Shown here: piece by piece, positions 12,870-24,836 of the stretch
How positions within the stretch are numbered: position 1 is the stretch's first letter
How the letters are laid out: the number at the start of each line of letters is the position of its first letter
Source of the DNA: Gammaproteobacteria bacterium
Lineage (GTDB): Bacteria; Pseudomonadota; Gammaproteobacteria; Eutrophobiales; Eutrophobiaceae
Length of the DNA: 64,000 nt
Assembly: GCA_965116495.1 (NCBI GenBank)
Contig: OZ220696.1
Coordinates: 1,888,001-1,952,000 of the forward strand
Direction: 5' to 3'
The notes under the pieces: generated by a model
The model's database searches: none
What the model was told of the DNA's origin: nothing
The model's input: the letters and a program-made list of their open reading frames with translations, nothing else
Position numbers and translations under genes: made by a program

Positions 12870-14269
12870 TCAAACATCCAGCCCTAGCGCCTTGATCTTC
12901 CTGGTCAAGGTATTACGTCCCCAACCCAGTAGCTTGGCGGCCTCACTGCGGCGTCCTGCTGATTGTTGCAAGGCTTCTTCGATGAGGATGCGCTCAAACT
13001 CAGGGAGGACGTTACTCAATAACCCGGTCTCGCCTTTGAGCAGGTTTGACCTGACCCACTGGCGCAACGTGCTTTCCCAGTCTCCCGCGGTCTCCTGCGC
13101 GGACTTCGCGTTTCTCAGTTCGGGTGGCAGGTCATCAAGGTGAATCTCCTTGCCCGGGGCCATAACCGTTACCCAGCGGCAGAAGTTTTCCAGTTGCCTG
13201 ACGTTGCCCGGCCAATCCAGCCTGTTCAGGAATTCCTGGGTTTCCGGCAACACCAGCTTGGCTTCAATATCCAGCTCAACGGACGAGCGCCGTAAAAAAT
13301 GTTCCGTCAATAATGGAATATCCTCACGCCTGTCGCGAAGTGACGGAACATGTACCCGGATCACGTTTAAACGATGAAACAGGTCTTCGCGGAACGCGCT
13401 TCGTTTTACCCGTTCTTCCAGGTCCTGGTTGGTTGCTGCAATCACCCTTACATCTGCGTCAACAGGTAAATGTCCGCCCACCCTGTAGAAGGTGCCGGTA
13501 GACAACACGCGTAACAGGCGCGTTTGCAGGTCTGCGGGCATATCACCTATTTCGTCAAGGAACAACGTACCACCGTTGGCCTGCTCGAAACGGCCGAGAC
13601 GCTGTGACGTAGCACCCGTGAACGCACCTTTTTCATGGCCGAACAATTCAGATTCCAACAGGTCTCTGGGGATGGCAGCCATGTTAATGGCAATAAAACG
13701 CCGTTGTGACCGGGGACTGTGGCGATACAGTGCCTGGGCCACCAGCTCTTTTCCGCTGCCGGATTCGCCGGTTACCAGTACGGTGAGTTGAGAACCCGAT
13801 AACCTGCCGATCGCGCGAAATACTTCCTGCATGGCGCCGGCGGAGCCGATGATTTCAGTGTCTGCCGTGTCTTCTGCCTGTGATGCCGCCTGTCCCGCCG
13901 GATGCCGCTGTAATGCGCGTTTCACCAGGCTGAGCAACTCGTCTATGTCAAACGGCTTGGGCAGGTACTCATAAGCCCCGCCCTGAAATGACGACACCGC
14001 CCGGTCCAGGTCCGGAAAGCGGTCATGATAATGACAGGCACATCCGGCGTCCTGAGCTTTATCTCCTCCAGCAACGCCAGGCCATCCAGGCCGGGCATGC
14101 GAATGTCCGAGATTATTACGTCCGGCCTGTCGCTACCGAGTCGTTGCAGTAAATCCCGGGCATTCTCGAAGGTTACCGGTTCCAGTTGTTCCTTGATCAA
14201 GGCGCGTTCCAGCACCCATCTTATGGATTTGTCGTCATCAACTATCCAGACTTTGCTGTTGGCTGCCAC
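12870..14269 (-). pseudogene. ntrC: Nitrogen regulation protein NR(I) NtrC, one-base frameshift near 14014
   Basis: Receiver (VWIVDDD, SDIRMPG) in one frame; AAA+ (GESGSGKE, GAFTGA, WPGNVRQL) and Fis HTH (LGWGRNTLTRK) in another; may be a sequencing error. Confidence 0.85.
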
Positions 14270-14270
14270 T

Positions 14271-15305
14271 TCATTCCACCGGCAGGAGAATCCTGAAATG
14301 TGTCCTGTCATCGATTCTTTCGTATTGAATCATGCCGTTATGGGATTGGATCAATGACTGGGAAATGGACAACCCAAGACCGGAACCACCCGCCCGGCCC
14401 GTCACCATGGGATAAAATATATGTTCCTCAATTTCTGCGGGAACACCGGGACCGTTATCTATCACGTCAATCTGGACGGCCAGCTTGTAATGCCTGTGAC
14501 GGATTGTACAACGGCGTTTGATCCGGGTGCGGATCAGGACTTCTCCGGTATCACCCACCGCCTGTTGCGCATTCCTGGAGACGTTCAACAATGCCTGGAT
14601 CAATTGCTCCCGGTCAGCGCGCAGCGCCGGCAGACTGGGATCATAGTCAAACCGGATTTTAATATCGGATTCCGCCTCTACGATGCGGCAGGTATGTTCG
14701 AGCACACTGTGAATGTTGACGCGGCTGGTCCGGTTTCTTGTCACCGGCGCCAGCATGCGGTCTATCAGGTTGCGCAACCGGTCCGCTTCATCAATGATAA
14801 TCCGTGTGTATTCCACCAGGCTGGAACCGTTCAATTCCCGCTCCAGCAGTTGCGCCGCCCCGCGTAATCCCCCCAGCGGATTTTTGATTTCGTGGGCTAT
14901 ACCGCTTAACGACTTACGCGCCGCATCATGCAGGTAAGACAGGTTGCTCTCCCGCAACGCACGCACCCGGGAGTCGGCATTGATTAATTCAAGAACCACT
15001 TCCTTGCACGTCTCACCTTCAACCATCGGGGTCACGATACAATCCACGCAGACGGTCTTCGAATCGGGAAAATCCAAATCTATACCCCATTCCATACGGG
15101 GTTGTTTTGTCGCGCGGGTGCGTTCGATATTTTCCAGTAGCTTGTGCGAGGCAGCCAGCATTTCATGTGCGGTATGACCATACATCTTGCCACGGCTGAT
15201 AAAAAATAACGTCTCCCCTGCACTATTGATATCCGTGAGCCTGAGAGCATCATCGAATACCAGCACGGCCGTGTAAAGATTATCTAGCAGCCTGTACGTG
15301 CTCAT
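14271..15305 (-). CDS. ntrB: Nitrogen regulation sensor kinase NR(II)
   Basis: PAS, AHEIKNPLGGLRGAAQLL, DNGPG, FYPMVTG, GLGL. Confidence 0.95.
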   Translation of the reverse strand: MSTYRLLDNLYTAVLVFDDALRLTDINSAGETLFFISRGKMYGHTAHEMLAASHKLLENIERTRATKQPRMEWGIDLDFPDSKTVCVDCIVTPMVEGETCKEVVLELINADSRVRALRESNLSYLHDAARKSLSGIAHEIKNPLGGLRGAAQLLERELNGSSLVEYTRIIIDEADRLRNLIDRMLAPVTRNRTSRVNIHSVLEHTCRIVEAESDIKIRFDYDPSLPALRADREQLIQALLNVSRNAQQAVGDTGEVLIRTRIKRRCTIRHRHYKLAVQIDVIDNGPGVPAEIEEHIFYPMVTGRAGGSGLGLSISQSLIQSHNGMIQYERIDDRTHFRILLPVE

Positions 15306-15314
15306 GTATATAAG

Positions 15315-15448
15315 TTATCCGCAGATTACGCAGATTAACGCAGATTTAAAAGAGTGCTAAATCACCGGACGAGGACAACCACATACTTTTGAATCCAGAC
15401 CCAAATCCTCTTGAAGCATATATCCTTATCTGCGTTATCTGCGGATAA
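15315..15448. repeat. Inverted CGCAGAT-unit repeats flanking an ~80-bp spacer
   Basis: TTATCCGCAGATTACGCAGATTAACGCAGAT (15315-) and ATCTGCGTTATCTGCGGATAA (15428-15448). Confidence 0.85.
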
Positions 15449-15464
15449 ATCTTCTGCGGAAAAA

Positions 15465-15488
15465 GGGGACAGATTTAAATCTGTCCCC
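15465..15488. repeat. Perfect 24-bp palindrome GGGGACAGATTTAAATCTGTCCCC
   Basis: Identical copy at 44943-44966; just downstream of glnA stop. Confidence 0.93.
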
Positions 15489-15503
15489 AAAGCAGGCAGA
15501 ATG

Positions 15504-16913
15504 TTACAGACTGTAGTACATATCAAATTCTACCGGATGTGTGGTCATGCGGAAACGGGTTACCTCATCCATTTTCAACCCTATGTAACCGTCAATCATA
15601 TCATCCGAAAAGACACCTCCGGCCGTCAGGAAATCCCGATCCTGGTCCAGTGCCTCCAGGGCCTGATCCAGCGATGAACATACGGTGGGAATGTCCGCTT
15701 CTTCCTCTATTGTCAGGTCATACAGGTCTTTTTCCAGGGGTTCGCCCGGGTCCAGCCTGTTCTGTATGCCGTCGAGTCCCGCCATCATCATTGCCGCAAA
15801 CATGAAGTACGGATTGCCGCAGGAATCCGGGAACCTGATTTCAACGCGCCTTCCCTGCGGGTTGGCAATCCAGGGGATACGGCACGATGCCGAACGGTTT
15901 CGGGCGGAGTAGGCGAGCAATACCGGCGCTTCAAATCCGGGGACCAGGCGCTTGTAGCTGTTGGTGCTGGAATTCGTGAAGGCATTGAGAGCACGGGCAT
16001 GCTTGAATATTCCTGCGATATAATGCAGTGCCAGGTCGGAAAGACCCCCGTATTTATCGCCGGTGAACAGGTTCTGGCCGTCTTTACCGAGGGACTGGTG
16101 GACGTGCATACCGTTGCCGTTATCGCCGACCAGGGGTTTCGGCATGAAGGTCACCGTCTTGCCGTAACCCTGGGCTACGTTCATGGCGCAGTATTTCAGG
16201 GTAAGCAGTTCATCCGCCTTGGTCACCAGTGATTTGAATTTTGTACCGATTTCAGCCTGACCGCCGGTTGCAACTTCATGGTGATGCACCTCAACCGTCT
16301 GCCCCATATCCTGCAGTGCCATACAGATGGCAGTACGCACGTTCTGTAGTGAATCCACGGGCGGCACCGGGAAGTAGCCGCCTTTAACGCCGGGACGATG
16401 ACCATGGTTCGGACCATCCATCAGTTTGTCATTGTTCCAGTGGCCTTCCTCGGCATCAATTTCATAAAAAGCGCTGTTCACATTGTCACTCCAGCGAGCC
16501 TCATCAAAAATGAAAAACTCAGGTTCCGGGCCGAAGTAGGCAACATCGGCGACGCCGGTCGACTGCAGGTACGCCTCGGCGCGTTTAGCCAGGGAACGCG
16601 GACAGCGTTCATAGCCCTGCATCGTGGTAGGTTCAAGTACGTCACAACGCAGGTCAAGGGTCGCCTCATCGTAAAACGGGTCGATCACTGCCGTTTCCGT
16701 ATCAGGCATCAACAGCATATCTGACTCGTCGATCCCCTTCCAGCCAGAAATGGACGAACCGTCAAACATCTTGCCGTTTTCGAAAAACTCGTCGGTGATG
16801 GTATTAACCGGTACCGTGACATGTTGTTCCTTACCCCGCGTATCACAGAACCGCAAGTCAACAAACCCTACCTCGTGCTCTTCGATTAATCCATATACCT
16901 TCTCTTTGGACAT
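15504..16913 (-). CDS. glnA: Glutamine synthetase type I
   Basis: [48 protein letters not shown] adenylylation site. Confidence 0.98.
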   Translation of the reverse strand: MSKEKVYGLIEEHEVGFVDLRFCDTRGKEQHVTVPVNTITDEFFENGKMFDGSSISGWKGIDESDMLLMPDTETAVIDPFYDEATLDLRCDVLEPTTMQGYERCPRSLAKRAEAYLQSTGVADVAYFGPEPEFFIFDEARWSDNVNSAFYEIDAEEGHWNNDKLMDGPNHGHRPGVKGGYFPVPPVDSLQNVRTAICMALQDMGQTVEVHHHEVATGGQAEIGTKFKSLVTKADELLTLKYCAMNVAQGYGKTVTFMPKPLVGDNGNGMHVHQSLGKDGQNLFTGDKYGGLSDLALHYIAGIFKHARALNAFTNSSTNSYKRLVPGFEAPVLLAYSARNRSASCRIPWIANPQGRRVEIRFPDSCGNPYFMFAAMMMAGLDGIQNRLDPGEPLEKDLYDLTIEEEADIPTVCSSLDQALEALDQDRDFLTAGGVFSDDMIDGYIGLKMDEVTRFRMTTHPVEFDMYYSL

Positions 16914-17008
16914 TGCTTATCTCCTCACACATTATTACAATTAATTTGAGTGTTACCGGTTTCCCCCCTACTACTCATAGTGAAAACCGCTAGCGAACGA
17001 TATCATAC

Positions 17009-17024
17009 TGCACAATTCATGCCA
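17009..17024 (-). promoter_or_regulatory. Sigma-54 -24/-12 promoter of glnA
   Basis: Minus strand TGGCAT-GAATT-GTGCA versus consensus TGGCAC-N5-TTGCA. Confidence 0.8.
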
Positions 17025-17126
17025 CTCCGGGGCTTCAAAAAACCGGCGCAATTCAACATGTTACCTGCCCGCTATTCGCATATCAGTGGGTATGGCGCGC
17101 CAGAATAGCCCATAACATCTCAATTA

Positions 17127-17143
17127 TGCACCATTTTGGCGCA
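17127..17143. promoter_or_regulatory. NtrC binding site (enhancer) upstream of glnA
   Basis: TGCACCATTTTGGCGCA versus consensus TGCACCA-N3-TGGTGCA, ~100 bp upstream of the sigma-54 site. Confidence 0.8.
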
Positions 17144-17210
17144 TTTTTCAGCGGAACATTTGTCAACAGCAACCGTGCAGGCACACCGAAGCCGATGCGG
17201 ATTATACCGT

Positions 17211-18515
17211 TCAAACCGGCAAAATCCTCTCTCCCGCCATCAGTTGCTCCAGCGACTCCCGTTCTCGGATGACGTATTCCTGATTCCCGTCAACCAGGAG
17301 TTCTACCGCCCTGGGCCTGCTGTTGTAATTGGAGCTCATACAGAACCCATAGGCTCCGGCGGACAGGACGGCCAGCAGATCGTTCGGCACCAGGGAGAGA
17401 CTCCGCTGCAACCCCAGAAAATCACCGGTTTCGCACACCGGTCCAACGATGTCGTATTCATGTTCCATTACCTGCTCGTGTTGAGTAACAGCGATGATGT
17501 CGTGCCAGGCCTGGTACAAGGATGGGCGCAACAAGTCGTTCATGCTCGAGTCCACGATGGCAAAGCGCTTTGTGTTGCTTGTCTTCAGGTACTCAACCCG
17601 GGTCAGTAACACGCAGGCATTGCCTACTATGGAACGACCCGGTTCCAGCATGACGCCGTAGCGTTCGGGAATCAAGTCCCTGACGACCTTTGCAAAAGCT
17701 GTTATATCGGATATGTCTCCGTTCCCGGCGCGATCGCTTGCCTGAGGTTGGCTGCCGGTTCGCTGAACAGTACTCTCGCACCGGTAATTGATGCCCAGTC
17801 CTCCACCGATGTCGATATGTCTGACGGGAATACCCGACTGCTCCAGTCTCTCCACCAGGGAGAGCAGTTTTTCCAGCATATCGATGTACGGTTCGACAGA
17901 GGTAATCTGTGAACCGATATGACAGTCAACCCCGATGGGTGTGAGGTAGTCCAGGCCGACAGCCTGCCGGTACGCGGCCAGCGCCCGGTCATGGTCTATG
18001 CCGAACTTATCTTCCCGGCGGCCCGTGGCGATAAACGGGTGTGTCTGCGCATCGGTATCCGGGTTCACCCGGATGGAGATGGGGGCCGTAACGGACATCT
18101 GCCCGGCAATCTCGTTCAGGCGCAGCATCTCAGCCTCTGTCTCTACGTTAAAACACAGGATGCCGACTTCGAGGGCGCGCCGAATTTCGTCAGCGCGTTT
18201 GCCGACACCGGAAAACACCACCTTACCCGGGTCGCCCCCTGCGGCCAGTACCCGTTCCAGTTCTCCGGCGGATACGATGTCAAAACCCGACCCCTGCCTG
18301 GCCAGCAGGTCCAGGATAGCCAGGTTACCGTTTGCCTTGACGGAATAACAGATCAGGGCATCCCTTCCGGCAAACGCCTGCGCATACGCGCGCCAGCGGG
18401 ATTCGATTGCCGCCCGTGAATACACGAATGCCGGCGTGCCATGGCGTTCGGCAAGGGCGGCGAGGGCAACCTCTTCGGCGTACAAGGCGCCGTTTCTGTA
18501 TGAAAAATTATCCAT
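17211..18515 (-). CDS. lysA: Diaminopimelate decarboxylase
   Basis: YSVKAN, FDIVSAGE, CHIGSQ, DIGGGLG, EPGRS, GPVCETGD, GAYG..MSSNYN. Confidence 0.96.
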   Translation of the reverse strand: MDNFSYRNGALYAEEVALAALAERHGTPAFVYSRAAIESRWRAYAQAFAGRDALICYSVKANGNLAILDLLARQGSGFDIVSAGELERVLAAGGDPGKVVFSGVGKRADEIRRALEVGILCFNVETEAEMLRLNEIAGQMSVTAPISIRVNPDTDAQTHPFIATGRREDKFGIDHDRALAAYRQAVGLDYLTPIGVDCHIGSQITSVEPYIDMLEKLLSLVERLEQSGIPVRHIDIGGGLGINYRCESTVQRTGSQPQASDRAGNGDISDITAFAKVVRDLIPERYGVMLEPGRSIVGNACVLLTRVEYLKTSNTKRFAIVDSSMNDLLRPSLYQAWHDIIAVTQHEQVMEHEYDIVGPVCETGDFLGLQRSLSLVPNDLLAVLSAGAYGFCMSSNYNSRPRAVELLVDGNQEYVIRERESLEQLMAGERILPV

Positions 18516-18657
18516 GCATGGACGACTGCAGGGCTGCTTCTGCAGAGGTGTCATCGGGCAGGTAAAGGGCGCCCTTCTGGCCGCAGCCGGATAGGATGAG
18601 AGCCGACGTGAGAATCAGTAGCCAACGGTATATACTGGTAGTACAACGGCAAAACAT
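18508..18657 (-). CDS. lptM: Small lipoprotein, LptM/YifL (LppL) family
   Basis: Not in the ORF track; 49 aa with lipobox LSGC followed by GQKGALYLP; directly upstream of lysA. Confidence 0.85.
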   Translation of the reverse strand: MFCRCTTSIYRWLLILTSALILSGCGQKGALYLPDDTSAEAALQSSMHG

Positions 18658-18874
18658 GATGCATCTCCGGATGGTTGGGGTCTGGGATCAGGTTCGTGAA
18701 TCTTCCAGATTATGGGTTTGAATGTCAATCAGAAACCACGCCAGGCCCGGATTTTGCATTGGACATCCCGTTGGTAGAGATTTTTCACAGAGCACTTGAA
18801 ATTGATCGATATTTCGGATGAAATGGTACCCCCTGTCCTACATACTACAGATATAACCATAGGTGACACACAAT

Positions 18875-19201
18875 ATGAATAACAGCATTATCCACGTAAC
18901 TGATTCCAGTTTTGAAGAGGATGTATTAAAATCGGGAGCGCCGGTTATGGTAGATTACTGGGCGGAATGGTGCGGTCCCTGCAAGATGATAGCGCCAATC
19001 CTGGATGAAATCGCCGACGAATATACCGACAACCTGAAGGTTGCCAAGATCAATATCGATGAAAATCCACAGACCCCGCAGAAATACGCAGTACGCGGCA
19101 TACCTACGTTGATGATATTCAAGGACGGCGAAGTCATTGGAACAAAAGTAGGGGCGGTATCGAAATTACAGCTGTCTGCCTTCATTGACAGTACTATTTA
19201 A
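18875..19201 (+). CDS. trxA: Thioredoxin 1
   Basis: [13 protein letters not shown]; trxA-rho order. Confidence 0.97.
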   Translation: MNNSIIHVTDSSFEEDVLKSGAPVMVDYWAEWCGPCKMIAPILDEIADEYTDNLKVAKINIDENPQTPQKYAVRGIPTLMIFKDGEVIGTKVGAVSKLQLSAFIDSTI

Positions 19202-19385
19202 CCTGATTTCCAACACATATAAGAAAGAGTTATAAAAAAACCTGGACGTTTCCGACTTGACGTGCTAGTTTTTACTTAACCTGTCGTGATCTCCCTCTAA
19301 CTTAACCTGGGCTTTTTTAGCGCATTTCAACCACATGGCCGTATGCTGTAGAGCCGGTCAATAAAATCATATTTGTACGCAGCAC

Positions 19386-20648
19386 ATGAATCTCACAGAA
19401 TTAAAGCAACAACCCGCATCAGAATTGGTTCTCATCTCCGAATCCCTCGGCCTCGACGGTCTGGCCCGCTCCAGAAAACAGGATGTCATATTTGAAATCC
19501 TGAAGGCTCACGCCAGAAAAGGCGAAGATATCTACGGCAGCGGCGTCCTGGAAATTCTCCAGGACGGCTTTGGATTTTTACGTTCCGCTGACAGTTCCTA
19601 CCTGGCCGGTCCCGATGACATCTATGTCTCTCCCAGCCAGATAAGGCGTTTCAACCTGCGAACCGGCGATAATATCTCCGGCAAGATCAGGCCGCCCAAG
19701 GAAGGAGAGCGCTACTTCGCACTGCTCAAGGTCAATGAGATCAACTTCGAGGCGCCTGAAAGAGCCAGGAACAAGATCATCTTTGAAAACCTGACGCCGC
19801 TGTTTGCACAGGAACGTTTGAAGCTGGAGGTGGGTAACGGCAGTACCGAGGATCTGACCCCGAGAATCATCGACCTGGTAGCGCCTATCGGAAAAGGTCA
19901 ACGCGGCCTCATCGTGTCGCCGCCCAAGGCTGGCAAAACGATGATACTGCAATCCATTGCCCAGTCTATCAAGCACAACCATCCGGAATGCCATTTGATC
20001 GTACTGCTCATCGATGAGCGGCCGGAGGAAGTCACGGAAATGGAACGCTCGGTCCGGGGAGAGGTGATCTCCAGCACGTTTGATGAACCCGCCTCGCGCC
20101 ACGTACAGGTAGCTGAAATGGTGATTGAACGGGCTAAACGCCTGACGGAGCATAAGCGGGATGTAGTCGTCCTGCTTGATTCAATCACCCGTCTTGCCCG
20201 GGCCTACAACACGGTTGTTCCGGCATCAGGCAAGGTATTGACCGGCGGCGTTGACGCCAATGCATTGCAAAGACCGAAACGTTTTTTTGGCGCAGCACGG
20301 AATATCGAGGAGGGTGGCAGCCTGACTATCCTGGCCACTGCCCTGGTCGATACCGGTTCGCGCATGGATGAAGTTATTTATGAAGAATTCAAGGGCACGG
20401 GTAACATGGAACTGCACCTGGACCGGGAGATTTCGGAGAAACGCATTTATCCCGCCATCTACATCAACCGGTCCGGCACCCGGCGCGAAGAGTTGCTGAC
20501 CGAAAAGGATGAATTACAGAAAATGTGGATACTCAGGAAACTTCTGCACCCCATGGAATCCATCGCTGCCATGGAATTCCTGCTGGAGCGGCTGAAAGCT
20601 ACGAAGAACAACGCCCAGTTCTTCGACGCAATGAAAAAGAGGTCGTAA
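19386..20648 (+). CDS. rho: Transcription termination factor Rho
   Basis: [38 protein letters not shown]. Confidence 0.98.
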   Translation: MNLTELKQQPASELVLISESLGLDGLARSRKQDVIFEILKAHARKGEDIYGSGVLEILQDGFGFLRSADSSYLAGPDDIYVSPSQIRRFNLRTGDNISGKIRPPKEGERYFALLKVNEINFEAPERARNKIIFENLTPLFAQERLKLEVGNGSTEDLTPRIIDLVAPIGKGQRGLIVSPPKAGKTMILQSIAQSIKHNHPECHLIVLLIDERPEEVTEMERSVRGEVISSTFDEPASRHVQVAEMVIERAKRLTEHKRDVVVLLDSITRLARAYNTVVPASGKVLTGGVDANALQRPKRFFGAARNIEEGGSLTILATALVDTGSRMDEVIYEEFKGTGNMELHLDREISEKRIYPAIYINRSGTRREELLTEKDELQKMWILRKLLHPMESIAAMEFLLERLKATKNNAQFFDAMKKRS

Positions 20649-20676
20649 TAACCGCCACTCCGGCGAGGACCTATAA

Positions 20677-20768
20677 CGTCATTCCCGCGCAAGCGGGAAC
20701 CCAGTAATGCAACGAGTCGCCTCCGGCGACACATTATAACTGGATGCCGGGTCAAGCCCGGCACGACG
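20677..20768. repeat. REP/MITE-like element with two inverted hairpin units
   Basis: CGTCATTCCCGCGCAAGCGGGAACCCAG ... CTGGATGCCGGGTCAAGCCCGGCACGACG; related unit at 57338. Confidence 0.8.
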
Positions 20769-20823
20769 AACGAAACCGCCCGGCACGCCTGCCCCGGCAT
20801 GATTTAAGCCGGGGACGAATAAA

Positions 20824-20847
20824 AAAACCCGCCGGAAGGCGGGTTTT
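20824..20847. terminator. Bidirectional intrinsic terminator between rho and groEL
   Basis: AAAACCCGCC-GGAA-GGCGGGTTTT with A and T tracts on both sides. Confidence 0.85.
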
Positions 20848-20872
20848 CTATTTCAGGCATAACTGCGATGGG

Positions 20873-22549
<1,677 letters not shown>

Positions 22550-22837
22550 TTATTCGATAACGCCCATGATGTCGTCTTCACGCATCACCAGCAGTTCTTC
22601 ACCATCTATTTTCACTTCCGTGCCTGAGTACTTACCAAAAAGGATCTTATCTCCTGCTTTGACATCCAGGCCGCGTACTTCACCACTCTCCAGGATCTTG
22701 CCGTTGCCGACGGCGACGACTTCTCCCTGGATGGGCTTCTCAGTGGCACTGTCAGGGATGACAATCCCGCCGGGGGACATCTTTTCCTCTTCCAGCCGCC
22801 GCACGACCACCCGGTCGTGTAATGGTCTGATATTCAT
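22550..22837 (-). CDS. groS: Co-chaperonin GroES
   Basis: [22 protein letters not shown]. Confidence 0.99.
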   Translation of the reverse strand: MNIRPLHDRVVVRRLEEEKMSPGGIVIPDSATEKPIQGEVVAVGNGKILESGEVRGLDVKAGDKILFGKYSGTEVKIDGEELLVMREDDIMGVIE

Positions 22838-22894
22838 CTACTGATTACCTCCTCTGAACTGAACTTCTGTTGTTTTATGAATATAATGGAATTG

Positions 22895-22921
22895 TTGGCA
22901 CTCTCTCAATGCGAGTGCCAA
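22895..22921. promoter_or_regulatory. CIRCE element (HrcA operator) of groES-groEL
   Basis: TTGGCACTC-N9-GAGTGCCAA. Confidence 0.9.
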
Positions 22922-22922
22922 C

Positions 22923-22950
22923 AATATAGCGACAAATTTTCAGATGTCAA
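22923..22950 (-). promoter_or_regulatory. Sigma-70 promoter of groES-groEL
   Basis: Minus strand TTGACA-16 nt-TATATT directly upstream of CIRCE. Confidence 0.7.
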
Positions 22951-23007
22951 CAAAAAATGTGGCTGTAGTGGAAAAATCTGTGGTCTGATCAACGTTACTG
23001 CTTTGTT

Positions 23008-24195
23008 TCAGGCAGGCACCCGGTAATGTTCCATGAGAATCCGGGCCACCTCCGGGCGGGCAAACTCTTTTGGCAATGGTTGACCTGCGGCCAGCATTTC
23101 CCGTACTTTTGTCCCGGACAGAAGTACGAAATCTTCCATCCTGTGATCCGGGACGTCACGCATCATGACCACACGGTTCAGATTTTTTGAATACGCAGTG
23201 TGGTCCGCCTCGAATATTTCAATTTCCAGCGCACCTTCAGGCACCTGTTCACGGAACATGGCCTGGGCGTCGAACGGGCCGTAATAACTGCCTAAACCCG
23301 CATGGTCACGACCCACAATCAAGTGGCTGCAACCGGCATTCTGGCGAAACACGGCATGCAGTACCGCCTCACGCGGGCCGGCATAGAGCATGTCGAAACC
23401 GTAGCCGGTTACCATGACGGTGTTTTCCGGGAAATACAGTTCCACCATCTTGCGGATGGCCGCATCGCGCACGTCGGCGGGGATGTCTCCCGGTTTCAGC
23501 TTCCCCAGCAACATGTGGATCAGTACGCCATCGGCTTTGAGCGCGTCCCTGGCCATCTTGCACAATTCCTCATGTGCCCTGTGCATTGGGTTGCGTGTCT
23601 GGAAGGCGACTACCGTCTCCCAGCCATTAGCGGCTATTCCTGCCCGAATCTGCATAGCCGTCCTGAAGGTATCGGGAAAATCCCGCTCGAAGTAACTGTA
23701 ATTCAATACCTCTACGGGACCGGACACGAGTCGGTTTCCGGACGCAGTAAACGTTGCTACGCCGGGGTGGTTCCGATCCAGGGTGCCGAAAACCTTTTCG
23801 GTAATCAATGAGATTTGCCCAGCAGACAAGGTTTCCACGGAAGCCACATCCTGAACTGCAATAACCGGTTGGCCGTCGACATTAGGGTCGCGTAACGCAA
23901 TACGCCCGGCACCGTTGATCGCCGAAGTATCCGTACTCAGGTTCACACAGGGCACCGGCCAGAACAGGCCGGCAGTTGTATGCATATCCCCGGCAACGCT
24001 GACAGCATCGGCGGCATTCATGTAACCCGGCAACGGTGAAAAATAGCCAGCCCCCAGCATCACCGCATTGGCCGCGGCCGCCGAGTTGAGCAATAACTGC
24101 GGCAGGGTTTCGGCTTCTTCCAGCAATTCCCGGCGCTTCTCTTCATCCTGGATGAACAACGGTTGTAGTTCACCGGATCCATGCGGTCTGATCAT
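23008..24195 (-). CDS. sat: Sulfate adenylyltransferase (ATP sulfurylase)
   Basis: AFQTRNPMHRAH, YAGPREA, VGRDHAG, SGTKVR. Confidence 0.96.
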   Translation of the reverse strand: MIRPHGSGELQPLFIQDEEKRRELLEEAETLPQLLLNSAAAANAVMLGAGYFSPLPGYMNAADAVSVAGDMHTTAGLFWPVPCVNLSTDTSAINGAGRIALRDPNVDGQPVIAVQDVASVETLSAGQISLITEKVFGTLDRNHPGVATFTASGNRLVSGPVEVLNYSYFERDFPDTFRTAMQIRAGIAANGWETVVAFQTRNPMHRAHEELCKMARDALKADGVLIHMLLGKLKPGDIPADVRDAAIRKMVELYFPENTVMVTGYGFDMLYAGPREAVLHAVFRQNAGCSHLIVGRDHAGLGSYYGPFDAQAMFREQVPEGALEIEIFEADHTAYSKNLNRVVMMRDVPDHRMEDFVLLSGTKVREMLAAGQPLPKEFARPEVARILMEHYRVPA

Positions 24196-24260
24196 AATTT
24201 ACTCTATTTAGTTGGTGTGATAATCGGCAGGTACGGCAATTCCGAAATCCGGAAATCGAC

Positions 24261-24836
24261 TCAGTAACGTGTTTCCGGACCGGTCAGAAATTCGTGGCCG
24301 GTACCGTTACGTACAATGTCCCCGGTATGCAGCCGGTGGCTGTTGTTTTTCTGGTCTTCAAAGAAAAGTTCCAGCGTATAGCGGATCGTGGTGAAGGCCA
24401 GTGCCCCCCATGGGATCTCGTCCCGGGAGAACAGCGCCACTTCCTGGCTCTCATCGCCGGCGGAGAAATCCAGGTCCACGAGGTTGGAATTGAACATCAG
24501 GTAAATCTGGTTGACGTGAGGCAGGTTGAACAGTGTAAACAGGTTGACGATCTCAACCCGGGCATTAGCTTCCTCCATTGTCTCCCTCAACGCGGCCGCC
24601 TGGGAGGTCTCACCCAGTTCCATGAAGCCCGCGGGTAGGGTCCAGTATCCGTAGCGGGGTTCTATCGCGCGTTTGCACATCAACACCTTGTCCTCCCACA
24701 CGGGAATGCAGCCGGCGACTATCTTCGGGTTCTGATAGTGGACCGTATCGCAGGACGCGCACACGTAACGCAAGCGGTTGTCATCCGGCGGTATTTTCTG
24801 TACCACCTGGGCGCCGCAATCAGTACAGTAGTTCAT
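24261..24836 (-). CDS. NUDIX hydrolase with N-terminal zinc ribbon
   Basis: YCTDCG..VCASC, HYQNP, LPAGFMELGET....ALRETMEE. Confidence 0.9.
   Translation of the reverse strand: MNYCTDCGAQVVQKIPPDDNRLRYVCASCDTVHYQNPKIVAGCIPVWEDKVLMCKRAIEPRYGYWTLPAGFMELGETSQAAALRETMEEANARVEIVNLFTLFNLPHVNQIYLMFNSNLVDLDFSAGDESQEVALFSRDEIPWGALAFTTIRYTLELFFEDQKNNSHRLHTGDIVRNGTGHEFLTGPETRY

Noticed and set aside
15352-15360. GAGTGCTAA half-CIRCE near ntrB
   Set aside because: No matching left arm at 9-nt spacing
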